NCBI GenBank assembly: GCA_040768905.1
Contig: JAXGMA010000001.1
Location: forward strand, 1,299,806-1,363,805
Reading direction: 5' to 3'
Length of the DNA stretch: 64,000 bases
From: Christensenellales bacterium
Lineage (GTDB): Bacteria > Bacillota > Clostridia > Christensenellales > SZUA-584
The position numbers were made by a program, and so were the translations under genes. The notes under the pieces are model-generated. The model did not search any database, was not told where the DNA came from, and worked only from the letters and a program-made list of their open reading frames with translations. The first letter of the stretch is position 1. The number at the start of each line of letters is the position of its first letter. Positions 1-9,319 of this stretch are shown here, piece by piece.

Positions 1-113
1 GGTTTGTCACGGCAACGGCAGGTGACAACGTGCTGCGGTTCCTTCCGCCTTATGTGATCGGCCATGCGCATATCGACGCGCTGGCGGATGCGCTTAATTC
101 GGTTTTTGTATAA
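1..113 (+). CDS. argD: 3' end of a class-III aminotransferase, probably acetylornithine aminotransferase (partial, runs off the window)
   Basis: Frame 3 reads [36 protein letters not shown]. The VLRFxPP motif near the C-terminus is typical of ArgD-type enzymes. It lies directly upstream of carB and argF. Confidence 0.45.
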   Translation, partial: FVTATAGDNVLRFLPPYVIGHAHIDALADALNSVFV

Positions 114-142
114 ACAATGCAGCATCACAACCGGAGGACTTT

Positions 143-3100
143 ATGCCCAAAAGAGATGACATAAAAAAAATCATGGTGATCGGCTCAGGCCCGATCGTGA
201 TCGGCCAGGCTGCAGAATTTGACTATTCAGGCACGCAGGCGTGTAAAGCGCTGCGCGAAGAAAACTATGAGGTCGTACTCATCAATTCCAATCCCGCGAC
301 GATCATGACAGACGAAGAGATGGCCGACCGCGTGTATATAGAACCCATCACGCTTGAAACAATATCCATAATACTGCGCCAGGAGCGCCCGCAGGGCATC
401 ATCGCAACGCTCGGCGGCCAGACAGGGCTCAACATGGCGGTGGAGCTGGCAGAAAGCGGCATCCTCGATGAGCTCTCTATCGAGCTTCTTGGCACTTCGC
501 TTGAATCCATCAAGCTTGCCGAAGACCGCGAGCTGTTCAAAGCCACGATGGAACGCATCGGCGAAAAAATTGCACGCAGCTGTATTGCGGGCTCGATATC
601 AGAAGCCGAGGCTTTTGCCCGGGAAGCCGGTTTTCCCGTCATCGTGCGTCCTGCATACACGCTTGGCGGCACGGGCGGCGGCGTCGCACATGATACAGAG
701 CAGCTTAAGAACATCACCGCTCAGGGGCTTTCCTTTTCTATGATACACCAGGTTCTTCTGGAGCAAAGCGTGGCAGGCTATAAGGAGATCGAATATGAGG
801 TGATGCGCGACGCCAAGGACAACTGTATCGTGGTGTGCAACATGGAAAACTTCGATCCTGTCGGCATACACACGGGAGACAGCATCGTTGTCGCGCCTTC
901 GCAGACGCTGTCCGATAAAGAATACCAGATGCTCAGAAGCGCGTCGCTCAAGATCATACGCGCGCTTAAGATCAAAGGCGGCTGCAACATACAGTTTGCG
1001 CTTGACCCCGATACGTATGAGTATGTCGTTATTGAAGTCAACCCGCGCGTGTCGCGTTCGTCCGCACTCGCAAGCAAAGCCACGGGTTACCCCATCGCAC
1101 GCGCTGCCGCTAAGATCGCTGTCGGCTACGGGCTTGATGAGATCACCAATCCGATCACGGGCGAAACGTGCGCCTGCTTTGAACCCACGCTCGATTACGT
1201 GGTCACCAAGGTGCCGCGCTGGCCTTTTGACAAATTCGTGACCGCAACACGCACACTGGGCACGCAAATGAAAGCCACAGGCGAAGTGATGGCGATCGGC
1301 CGGAACTTTGAGGAATCGCTGTTAAAAGCCATCGACAGCCTTGATGTCAAGCTTGATTACCAGCTTGGCATGAAGAGCATCGCGTCGTGGAGCGATGAGG
1401 AGTTGGAAAACTCACTTAAGAACCCGGATGATGAGCGCATTTTCGTCGTCTCCGAGGCGCTTGACCGCGGTTACAGCGTCGACGATATTTTTGAAATCAC
1501 AAGAATTGACAAGTTCTTTATCAGCAAACTTAAAAACATCGTGAAGATCGCGGAAGAATTGAAACGCCATACCATCGATACGCTGCCTGTGGATTTGCTC
1601 AAAAAATGCAAAAGGTACGGCTTCGGCGACAGCTATACCGCGAACCTTTTGGGTTCTCAGGAAGCCGCCGTCAAAGCGCTGCGCATGGCGCTTGGGATCC
1701 GCCCCACCTATAAAATGGTCGACACCTGCGCTTGTGAATTCGAGGCCAAAACGCCGTATTACTACTCATGCTACGATACCGCAGACGAAACGCGGGACAG
1801 CGGGAGAAAAAAGGTCGTCGTGCTGGGCTCCGGCCCCATACGCATCGGCCAGGGCATTGAATTTGACTACTGTTCCGTACATGCTGTGATCGCGCTGCGG
1901 CAGCTTGGCCTTGAATCCATCATTATCAACTCGAATCCGGAAACGGTCTCGACCGATTTTGACACCTCCGACAAACTTTATTTTGAACCTTTAACGCGCG
2001 AATGCGTGCTCGACATCATCGAGCGCGAAAAACCCGAGGGCGTCATCGTGCAGTTCGGCGGGCAGACAGCCATCAATCTGGCCGCGCCGCTTGCCAAGGT
2101 GGGCGTGCATATTCTGGGCACGTCCGTTGACGGCATAGACCGCGCCGAAAACCGCGACCGTTTTTTGAAAACACTCGAAAAACTCAGCATTCCCGTGCCG
2201 CCCGGCGCAACCGCATTTTCGCTTGAAGACGCAAAGATCATCGCGCAGCGTATCGGTTTCCCGGTGCTGGTACGTCCTTCATATGTGCTCGGCGGACGCG
2301 CGATGGAAATCGTCTACAATGTGCAGGAACTCACCGAATACATGACTGCTGCAGCAAAAGTATCGCCTGAGCATCCGGTGCTTATCGACAAATACCTGAT
2401 TGGCAAAGAAGTGGAAACAGACGGTATCTGCGACGGCAACGAGGCGCTCATCGTCGGCGTGATGGAACACATCGAACGCGCAGGCGTACATTCGGGTGAC
2501 AGCTTTGCGGTTTATCCCGCGCAGACGCTGGAGGCACAGACGAAAAAGACGATCGTCGATTACGCCGTACGCATCGGCATTGAGCTTGGCATCAAAGGGC
2601 TCTACAACATTCAGTTTGTCGTGGAAGCGGACGGCAAGGTGTATGCTCTTGAGGTCAACCCGCGCGCAAGCCGCACCGTGCCTATACTCTCAAAAGTCAC
2701 GGGAGTCCCCATGGTCGCCGCTGCCACGCACATCATGATGGGCGGTACGCTGCACAGCCTTGCTATCGGCACCGGGCTGCACAAGGAAAGCCGCATGATC
2801 ACAGTCAAGGCGCCTGTGTTTTCGTTTTCAAAAATGACTACGGTGGATATCTTTTTAGGCCCCGAGATGAAATCAACGGGCGAAGTGATGGGCACGGACT
2901 ATACGTACTTAGCGGCGCTGAAAAAAGCCTTTGTCGCTTCGGGTGTGCATCCTCCGCGCGCCGATCTGCCGATCCTTTTCTCCATCACCGACAGAGACAA
3001 GGGTGAAGCAGCCGGCTTTGCGCGTAAACTGCTCAAAATGGGCTATGCGCTTGCCTGTACTGACCATACATATTCGTATTTTTCCTCGCAGGGCATCGCT

Positions 3101-3349
3101 TGCAGCCTTGTTTCCAAAGAAGATGTGATCTTGGCGCTCAAAGACAGGAAAATAGGCATGGTCATCAACACACCGACACGCGGCAAGCTGCAGGATCGCC
3201 TCGGATTCATGCTGCGCCGCACCGCCATGGAATTCAATGTGCCTTGTATCACATCCATGGATACGCTCAGCGCGCTGTTGTCTGTGATGAGCGCTGATGC
3301 CATCGAAGAGCATCACATACCTTTGAATATGTATTTAAAAGGAGAATGA
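143..3349 (+). CDS. carB: carbamoyl-phosphate synthase large subunit
   Basis: 1068-aa ORF with duplicated ATP-grasp halves ([16 protein letters not shown] at the N-terminus, [15 protein letters not shown] near aa 560) and an MGS-like C-terminal domain. GGAGG lies upstream of the ATG. Confidence 0.95.
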   Translation: MPKRDDIKKIMVIGSGPIVIGQAAEFDYSGTQACKALREENYEVVLINSNPATIMTDEEMADRVYIEPITLETISIILRQERPQGIIATLGGQTGLNMAVELAESGILDELSIELLGTSLESIKLAEDRELFKATMERIGEKIARSCIAGSISEAEAFAREAGFPVIVRPAYTLGGTGGGVAHDTEQLKNITAQGLSFSMIHQVLLEQSVAGYKEIEYEVMRDAKDNCIVVCNMENFDPVGIHTGDSIVVAPSQTLSDKEYQMLRSASLKIIRALKIKGGCNIQFALDPDTYEYVVIEVNPRVSRSSALASKATGYPIARAAAKIAVGYGLDEITNPITGETCACFEPTLDYVVTKVPRWPFDKFVTATRTLGTQMKATGEVMAIGRNFEESLLKAIDSLDVKLDYQLGMKSIASWSDEELENSLKNPDDERIFVVSEALDRGYSVDDIFEITRIDKFFISKLKNIVKIAEELKRHTIDTLPVDLLKKCKRYGFGDSYTANLLGSQEAAVKALRMALGIRPTYKMVDTCACEFEAKTPYYYSCYDTADETRDSGRKKVVVLGSGPIRIGQGIEFDYCSVHAVIALRQLGLESIIINSNPETVSTDFDTSDKLYFEPLTRECVLDIIEREKPEGVIVQFGGQTAINLAAPLAKVGVHILGTSVDGIDRAENRDRFLKTLEKLSIPVPPGATAFSLEDAKIIAQRIGFPVLVRPSYVLGGRAMEIVYNVQELTEYMTAAAKVSPEHPVLIDKYLIGKEVETDGICDGNEALIVGVMEHIERAGVHSGDSFAVYPAQTLEAQTKKTIVDYAVRIGIELGIKGLYNIQFVVEADGKVYALEVNPRASRTVPILSKVTGVPMVAAATHIMMGGTLHSLAIGTGLHKESRMITVKAPVFSFSKMTTVDIFLGPEMKSTGEVMGTDYTYLAALKKAFVASGVHPPRADLPILFSITDRDKGEAAGFARKLLKMGYALACTDHTYSYFSSQGIACSLVSKEDVILALKDRKIGMVINTPTRGKLQDRLGFMLRRTAMEFNVPCITSMDTLSALLSVMSADAIEEHHIPLNMYLKGE

Positions 3350-3351
3350 AG

Positions 3352-4326
3352 ATGGAAGACCTGATCTGCTATAAACCGCAAAAGCCCTTTTCGCAAAAAC
3401 ATCTGCTTACGCTTTTAGATTACACGCCTGACGAAATATTGACCGTTGTAAGCCTTGGTTTGAAGCTGAAAAAGCAGTATAAGGAAGGTCTGCGCCCTCC
3501 CCTTCTTGCGGGCAAAATACTTGCAATGATATTCGCAAAAAGCTCAACACGCACGCGCGTGTCTTTTGAGGCCGGCATATACCAGCTTGGCGGCACGGCG
3601 CAGTTTTTGAGCAGCGCCGATATACAGCTTGGCCGCGGAGAGCCCATCAGCGATACCGCAAAGGTGCTCTCTCGCATGGTCGACGGCATCATGATCCGCA
3701 CCTTTTCGCAAAGCGACTTAGAGCAGCTTGCGGCGCACGGCACCATCCCAGTGATCAACGGCTTGACAGATCTTGTGCATCCTTGCCAGATACTTGCCGA
3801 CTTAATGACGTATTACGAACACAAACGCAGTTTCAAGGGGAAGCTGGCTTTTATCGGCGACGGAAACAATGTGGCCAACTCACTGCTCATCGGCTGCAGC
3901 AAACTCGGGCTGGATATAGCCATCGCCTGCCCGAAAGGTTTTGAGCCAGACCTTGGGATGCTCGCCGCGGCACAGCAGGCGGCGGCTTTATGCGGCAGCA
4001 CCGTCACCGTCACGCATGACCCCGTTGAAGCAGCCAAAGACGCCGATGCCGTGTATACCGATGTGTGGGCCAGTATGGGGCAGGAAAGCGGCGCATCGGA
4101 AAAGTATGCGCACTTTGCCGGTTATCAGGTGAATGACGACCTCACGGCACACTGCAAAAACGATTATATTTTCCTGCACTGCCTGCCGGCACACCGCGGA
4201 GAAGAAGTCAGCGCTGACATCATTGACGGCCCTCACAGCGTGGTTTTTGACGAAGCTGAAAACCGCCTGCACGCTCAAAAGGCGGTTATGGCGCTGCTGT
4301 TGGGAGGCAAACAGTGTGGCCTATGA
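3352..4326 (+). CDS. argF: ornithine carbamoyltransferase
   Basis: Motifs STRTRVSFE, HPCQILAD and HCLPAHRGEEV. The ORF opens at 3346 (ATGA overlap with the carB stop), but the ATG at 3352 has better GGAG spacing. Confidence 0.9.
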   Translation: MEDLICYKPQKPFSQKHLLTLLDYTPDEILTVVSLGLKLKKQYKEGLRPPLLAGKILAMIFAKSSTRTRVSFEAGIYQLGGTAQFLSSADIQLGRGEPISDTAKVLSRMVDGIMIRTFSQSDLEQLAAHGTIPVINGLTDLVHPCQILADLMTYYEHKRSFKGKLAFIGDGNNVANSLLIGCSKLGLDIAIACPKGFEPDLGMLAAAQQAAALCGSTVTVTHDPVEAAKDADAVYTDVWASMGQESGASEKYAHFAGYQVNDDLTAHCKNDYIFLHCLPAHRGEEVSADIIDGPHSVVFDEAENRLHAQKAVMALLLGGKQCGL

Positions 4327-4844
4327 TGGAGAGCATCATTTTCAAAAAAGCCGAGGAAAAAGATACGGCTGTCATCAAAAGCGTGACGCGCAAGGCTTTT
4401 CTGGGCTACGCACAGGAAATACGCAAACAGGATCAGGTGGCCGCGCTGCACGAAACCGACGCGCATATATTGAGCGACATACGCAATAAGCATGTATATA
4501 TCTGCGAGGTGGACGGGCAGGTTGCGGGCGCAGTGCGTTTCGAAGTGCTCGATGAAGACATCGCTTACCTCTCGCGTCTGGCCGTTGATCCTGATTTCCA
4601 GTCTTTGGGTATCGGCGGCCTGCTGCTGGAAAAAGTGCGCCGGGAATGCGCCGCGCTTGGTGTGCGTGCGATCGCTTTGCATACCGCGAGCCGCATACGC
4701 GCTTCCGTGGCTTTTTACTTAAAAAACGGTTATTACATCCATTCTATCACCCGTGACAAGGCCTATATCCGTGCTTTTATGGTCAACGAACTGTGCGAGA
4801 TGGATGAGCTTTTTGACTATGAGTCGATAGTGGGTGACAGATAA
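4314..4844 (+). CDS. GNAT-family N-acetyltransferase
   Basis: 176 aa with an acetyl-CoA-binding-type segment LAVDPDFQSLGIGGLLLEKV. GTG start with GGGAGG 6 nt upstream. Overlaps the argF stop. Confidence 0.7.
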   Translation: MWPMMESIIFKKAEEKDTAVIKSVTRKAFLGYAQEIRKQDQVAALHETDAHILSDIRNKHVYICEVDGQVAGAVRFEVLDEDIAYLSRLAVDPDFQSLGIGGLLLEKVRRECAALGVRAIALHTASRIRASVAFYLKNGYYIHSITRDKAYIRAFMVNELCEMDELFDYESIVGDR

Positions 4845-4877
4845 TACATATTTATATGCCAAAATCAATTAATTTCC

Positions 4878-4907
4878 TTGACTTTGGCAACATTGCATGC
4901 ATATAAT
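4878..4907 (+). promoter_or_regulatory. sigma-A-type promoter of the aro operon (TTGACT-18 nt-TATAAT)
   Basis: TTGACT at 4878-4883 and TATAAT at 4902-4907, read directly. This is the only near-consensus pair in the 285-bp gap before aroF. Confidence 0.5.
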
Positions 4908-4938
4908 AACGCAAAGAAAGAATGACCAGGGAGCACGC

Positions 4939-5052
4939 ATGAACGATCTCTCGTCCGCAAAAAGATATTTTTGGTTTAGCAGCCGGAGCTATTATTATGG
5001 CTTCGGTTACTTTGCGTTGAATAGCGGACACCGGCGAGAGTGGGTTGCTTAA
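4939..5052 (+). CDS. aromatic-rich leader peptide of the aro operon (37 aa, MNDLSSAKRYFWFSSRSYYYGFGYFALNSGHRREWVA)
   Basis: GGGAG lies 5 nt before the ATG at 4939. Ten of 16 consecutive codons (4966-5013) encode Tyr, Phe or Trp. The stop at 5050-5052 lies 25 nt before a terminator hairpin. Too short for the supplied ORF track. Confidence 0.55.
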   Translation: MNDLSSAKRYFWFSSRSYYYGFGYFALNSGHRREWVA

Positions 5053-5076
5053 AAACTGGTAAATGTTGTATACCAA

Positions 5077-5109
5077 GGGGAGCTCATGCCGGGCTCCCCT
5101 TTTGATTTT
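5077..5109 (+). terminator. intrinsic terminator / attenuator in the aro leader
   Basis: GGGGAGCTC (5077-5085) pairs with GGGCTCCCC (5091-5099) around a 5-nt loop, followed by TTTTGATTTT. It lies about 20 nt before the aroF RBS. Confidence 0.75.
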
Positions 5110-5129
5110 CACAACCGGAGGAAAAAACA

Positions 5130-6146
5130 ATGATTGTTATCTTAAAACCCGGCGCGGAGCCGCAAAAGATCAATGAACTGATACAGACCCTTGAGCAGGA
5201 CTACGCCCTCGAGGTTCAGCGCATGGACGGCGTCAATTACTCCATTTTGGGGCTGATCGGCGACACCTCTTCCATCGATATAGAGCCTATCGCGGAGCTG
5301 TCCGCCGTGCGCAAGGTGATGCGCGTACAGGAACCCTATAAAAAGGTCAACCGCGCTTTCCATCCTGACGACACCGTGGTGCACGGCAAAGGCTTTGAGG
5401 TCGGCGGAAAGCAGCTGGCTCTGATGGCCGGCCCGTGCTCGGTCGAAAGCGAAGAGCAGATCGTCTCCATCGCAAAGCAGGTCAAGGCCGCAGGCGCCAA
5501 TTTCCTGCGCGGCGGCGCTTTCAAACCGCGTACCAGCCCGTACCGTTTTCAGGGGCTCGGCAAAGAGGGGCTTGATTTTTTGGAGACGGCGCGCGCGGAA
5601 ACAGGGCTGCCGATCGTCAGTGAAATAACGAGTGTCCAGTATGTTGATTTGTTCGTTGACAGGGTGGATGTGATACAGGTGGGCGCGCGCAACATGCAGA
5701 ACTTCGTACTGTTAAGCGAGCTTGGGCGGTGCAAAACGCCTGTTTTATTAAAACGCGGCCTCTCAGCAACGATCGAAGAATGGCTGATGTCTGCCGAATA
5801 CATCGCGGCAGGCGGCAACCCCAATGTTGTGCTCTGCGAACGCGGTATCCGCACATTTGAAACATCCACGCGCAACACGCTTGACTTAAGCGCAGTGCCT
5901 GTCATCAAGCGCCAGAGCCATCTGCCGATCATCGCTGACCCAAGCCACGCGACAGGGCATTGGTGGGCAGTCGGCCCTCTGTCTTTAGCGGCGATTTGTG
6001 CAGGAGCGGACGGCGTCATGATCGAAGTGCACGCGCAGCCCTCCGAGGCGCTTTCAGACGGCAAACAGTCTTTGCTGCCTGAAAAATTTTCAGATCTGGC
6101 GCAGCAGCTCAAAGGCGCGGCGGCGTTGATGGACAGGACGATATGA
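5130..6146 (+). CDS. aroF: 3-deoxy-7-phosphoheptulonate (DAHP) synthase, type I-beta with N-terminal regulatory domain
   Basis: 338 aa. The core (GPCSVESEEQ, KPRTSPYRFQGLG, ADPSHATG) resembles KDO8P-synthase-like DAHP synthases. About 65 aa of N-terminal ferredoxin-like extension. RBS GGAGG. Confidence 0.9.
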   Translation: MIVILKPGAEPQKINELIQTLEQDYALEVQRMDGVNYSILGLIGDTSSIDIEPIAELSAVRKVMRVQEPYKKVNRAFHPDDTVVHGKGFEVGGKQLALMAGPCSVESEEQIVSIAKQVKAAGANFLRGGAFKPRTSPYRFQGLGKEGLDFLETARAETGLPIVSEITSVQYVDLFVDRVDVIQVGARNMQNFVLLSELGRCKTPVLLKRGLSATIEEWLMSAEYIAAGGNPNVVLCERGIRTFETSTRNTLDLSAVPVIKRQSHLPIIADPSHATGHWWAVGPLSLAAICAGADGVMIEVHAQPSEALSDGKQSLLPEKFSDLAQQLKGAAALMDRTI

Positions 6147-6982
6147 TGGATGTGGATTTTACAGAAAAACGCATACTCTTAGCCGGCCTCGGCCTGATCG
6201 GCGGATCTGCAGCCAAAGCGATGCGCATGGCAGGCTACCGATATATAGACGGCCTTGATACCGATGAACAAACGCTTGAAACGGCGCTCAAAGAGGGCGT
6301 GATCAATGCGGCCTTCTCTGAAGACGCGATGCCGTACGACCTTGTGCTTTGCAGCCTCCCCCACCGGGCCGTTCCTCAGCTATATAAGCAGGTGCAGGGC
6401 GGCCTTGTGCAGGGCGGCGTGTTCGCGGAGCTTTCGGGTCTCAAGTCTGCCCTTATCCGCAAGCTAAGTGCCGTAATGTGCGACAACCACGTGCTGCTTT
6501 GTCTGCATCCCATGGCTGGCAGCGAGAAACAAGGCTATGCCCATTCACACGCAAAGATGTTTGATGGTGCGCCGCTGATACTCACACCGACCGAGAAGAC
6601 AAATGAAACGGCGCTTGAATGGTCGCACTTTATCGCTAAGGCTTTCGGCTGCTGCGGCATGCCCACGCTTTGCGCAAGGCGGCATGATGAAGCCATCGCC
6701 GCTGTGAGCCACCTTCCCCATATCGCGGCGCTCGCGCTGTGCGAGGCGGCATCAGGCAACGAACGTTTTGCGGGCGGCAGTTTTTCTGCGGTGACGCGTG
6801 TCGCGCAGCTCAATGCGCCGCTCTGGGCAGGACTCTTGGCAGACAATGCAGAATATGTTTTAAAAAGCCTTTCCTCGTTCCGTCAAAGCCTTATGGCGAT
6901 CGAGGCTGCGATAAGCACCGGTGACGCGACGGCGCTTGAAGCGTTGCTGCTGCGACTTTCAAAGGAGGATCACAAAAAATGA
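6143..6982 (+). CDS. tyrA: prephenate dehydrogenase
   Basis: 279 aa with Rossmann motif GLGLIGGSAAKA and SHLPH. ATGA overlap with the aroF stop. Confidence 0.85.
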   Translation: MMDVDFTEKRILLAGLGLIGGSAAKAMRMAGYRYIDGLDTDEQTLETALKEGVINAAFSEDAMPYDLVLCSLPHRAVPQLYKQVQGGLVQGGVFAELSGLKSALIRKLSAVMCDNHVLLCLHPMAGSEKQGYAHSHAKMFDGAPLILTPTEKTNETALEWSHFIAKAFGCCGMPTLCARRHDEAIAAVSHLPHIAALALCEAASGNERFAGGSFSAVTRVAQLNAPLWAGLLADNAEYVLKSLSSFRQSLMAIEAAISTGDATALEALLLRLSKEDHKK

Positions 6983-8046
6983 ACATGCTCACCATCCGTG
7001 CCGGCGCAAGCGAGTACCGGGTTTATATCGGCAGGGGCCTTATCGCCTCGCTTGTCGAGCGTGTGGCTGATCTGTTTCCACAAAGCCGTTTCGCCATGAT
7101 CACTGACACAAATGTAGAAGCCTTATACGGCGAAAAAATCATGCAGGATTTTGAAGACTGCGACGCCGAATGCGCTTTATTTTCTATCGAGCCGGGAGAA
7201 GCATCAAAGAGCGCTGAAACTTATGTGCAGCTGCTTTCCGCGCTTACTCAAAACGAGTTCAACCGCGCGGATGTGATCATCGCTCTTGGAGGCGGCGTTG
7301 TCGGAGACCTTGCGGGTTTTGTCGCCGCGACATACTTACGCGGTGTTCGTTATGTCCAGGTGCCGACAACACTGCTCGCGCAGATAGACAGTGCAGTGGG
7401 AGGCAAAACGGCTATCAATCTGCCGGAGGGTAAAAACCTCGCAGGCGCGTTTTACCATCCAAGCGCCGTTTATGCGGATACGGATGTGCTCGACACGCTG
7501 GATGCATCCGATTTTGCGGATGGTATGGCGGAGCTTATCAAATACGCACTGATCAAAGATGAGGCGATGTTTGCCGCACTTGAAGAAAGCGAGGCGGTCA
7601 GAACAAAGTCGGAAAACCTTGATAGCCTTATCATGGCATGCCTTGGCATCAAGCGCGATGTGGTGGCGGCGGACGAGCGCGACCGGGGCGATAGAATGCT
7701 TCTCAATTTCGGGCACACCATCGGACACGGCATAGAGCGGCTCTGCGCCGCTGACGGGCTGCCGATGACGCACGGGCGCGCTGTCGCCATCGGCATGGCG
7801 GCCATCACTGTGGCTTCTGAACGCGCCGGCCTGACACAGCCCGGCACCGCTTCGCGTATCGTTGCGGTGCTAAAAAAGGCAGGCCTGCCCTATGACATCA
7901 GCGGTTATGACAAAGACAGGATTCTTGAAGGCATTTTTATCGATAAAAAAAACGTTGCGGATACGCTGCACCTTGTGCTGGTCAGCGAACCGGGCAAATC
8001 CTTTTTATACCGGATAGACCGCAGCGATATGCGCAATTTTATCTGA
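6979..8046 (+). CDS. aroB: 3-dehydroquinate synthase
   Basis: 355 aa with GGGVVGDLAGFVAATYLRG, the VPTTLLAQIDSAVGGKT motif and metal-binding HxxGH (FGHTIGHGIE). Confidence 0.9.
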   Translation: MNMLTIRAGASEYRVYIGRGLIASLVERVADLFPQSRFAMITDTNVEALYGEKIMQDFEDCDAECALFSIEPGEASKSAETYVQLLSALTQNEFNRADVIIALGGGVVGDLAGFVAATYLRGVRYVQVPTTLLAQIDSAVGGKTAINLPEGKNLAGAFYHPSAVYADTDVLDTLDASDFADGMAELIKYALIKDEAMFAALEESEAVRTKSENLDSLIMACLGIKRDVVAADERDRGDRMLLNFGHTIGHGIERLCAADGLPMTHGRAVAIGMAAITVASERAGLTQPGTASRIVAVLKKAGLPYDISGYDKDRILEGIFIDKKNVADTLHLVLVSEPGKSFLYRIDRSDMRNFI

Positions 8047-8053
8047 GGTGTTT

Positions 8054-9319
8054 ATGGACGTTATTGTTTCACCGTCAGCGCTTGGCGGCATCGTGAACAT
8101 ACCGCCTTCCAAGAGCGCCGCACACCGCGCGATCATTGCGGCGGCAATAGCTGACGGCAAAAGCGTGATCAAAAACGTGGATCTTTCAAACGACATTCGC
8201 GCAAGCATGAATGCATGCATCAGTCTTGGCTGCAATTTTGAGACGGAGCAAAGCGGCAGCCGCTGTATCCTTCATATACAGGGCGGCTTTGAGCGCGGCA
8301 AAAAGGCGGATATCGACTGCTGCGAATCCGGCTCGACGCTGCGTTTTTTTATACCCATTGCATGTGCGCTCGGCGGCGAAAAAAAATTCACTGGCGAAGG
8401 ACGGCTCCCCCGGCGGCCTATTGACGCGTATCTTGATATCTTTGACGCGCAGGGCATCGCATACACCCGTCCGGCGGACTCATATCTGCCGCTCAAAGTC
8501 AGCGGAACGCTTGAAGGCGGCTTTTTTGATATTGACGGGCGCATAAGCTCGCAGTACATCACCGGTCTGCTTTTTGCGCTGCCTCTGATGAACAAGGATT
8601 CTATGATCAACGTGACCGGCGGTTTTGAATCACGCGGTTATGTTGACCTGACTGTGGACATGCTGCGTAAATTCGGCGTGCAGATAAGCGCAGATGAGAA
8701 CAGCTTTTTTGTAGGAGCCCCTCAGGCCTATGCGCCGCAAGACATCACCGTCGAAGGCGATTACTCACAGGCCGCGTTTTTTCTCGTCGGCGGAGCAGTT
8801 ACGGGGGAAGCGCGCTTAAGCGGCCTTTTAGAGCCTTCGCTGCAGCCTGACAGCGTGATCACCGCACTGCTTTTAAAAATGGGTGCCGATATACGGCGCG
8901 AAGGCAGTGTGCTTATAGCGAAAAAATCCAAACTGTACGGAACGGATATCGACGTATCACAATGCCCCGACCTTGTGCCGCCGCTCGCCGTTGCCGCTGC
9001 ATACGCACAAGGCAAAACGCGCATCACCGGCGCCGCAAGGCTGCGCATCAAAGAGAGCGACAGGCTCTCTGCTCTCGCGCAGAACCTTGGCCGGCTCGGT
9101 ATTAAGACGCAGGAAACACACGACGCGCTTGAGATCACAGGCGGGCCTGTTGCGGGCGGCGAAGTCTCATCCTTCGGCGACCACCGCATTGCCATGGCTT
9201 TTTCGATCGCGGCTTTAGGCGCACGCGGCAGCATTCGTATCAGCGGCGCGGAAAGCACAGAAAAATCATACCCTGCGTTTTATGATGACCTAAAAATATT
9301 GGGAGGAAAAATAGAATGA
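8054..9319 (+). CDS. aroA: 3-phosphoshikimate 1-carboxyvinyltransferase (EPSP synthase)
   Basis: About 421 aa with PPSKSAAHRA and the RIKESDR and GDHRIAMAF motifs. The ATG at 8054 follows GAGG; the ORF track start at 8048 is a GTG. Confidence 0.9.
   Translation: MDVIVSPSALGGIVNIPPSKSAAHRAIIAAAIADGKSVIKNVDLSNDIRASMNACISLGCNFETEQSGSRCILHIQGGFERGKKADIDCCESGSTLRFFIPIACALGGEKKFTGEGRLPRRPIDAYLDIFDAQGIAYTRPADSYLPLKVSGTLEGGFFDIDGRISSQYITGLLFALPLMNKDSMINVTGGFESRGYVDLTVDMLRKFGVQISADENSFFVGAPQAYAPQDITVEGDYSQAAFFLVGGAVTGEARLSGLLEPSLQPDSVITALLLKMGADIRREGSVLIAKKSKLYGTDIDVSQCPDLVPPLAVAAAYAQGKTRITGAARLRIKESDRLSALAQNLGRLGIKTQETHDALEITGGPVAGGEVSSFGDHRIAMAFSIAALGARGSIRISGAESTEKSYPAFYDDLKILGGKIE

Noticed and set aside
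599-1267. A long ORF antisense to carB. Similar long antisense or out-of-frame ORFs occur across the window, for example 20089-20658, 20165-20764, 27443-28144, 34721-35665, 36518-37189, 38681-39277, 49793-50542, 55793-56290 and 61889-62590.
   Set aside because: Each is fully nested opposite or inside an ORF with clear family motifs. Their translations are low-complexity (Arg/Ser/Ala/Pro-rich), with no recognisable motifs or RBSs. This is typical of shadow ORFs in moderately GC-rich coding DNA.
4914-5076. A T-box riboswitch as the explanation for the aro leader.
   Set aside because: No GGGTGGTACCGCG-like T-box sequence or convincing stem I/specifier architecture could be found by eye. The leader is also only about 165 nt. 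A covariance-model scan should still be run.
4852-5130. A 92-aa minus-strand ORF covering the aro leader region.
   Set aside because: It overlaps the plus-strand promoter, leader ORF and terminator. It has no RBS or recognisable domain, and its composition looks intergenic.
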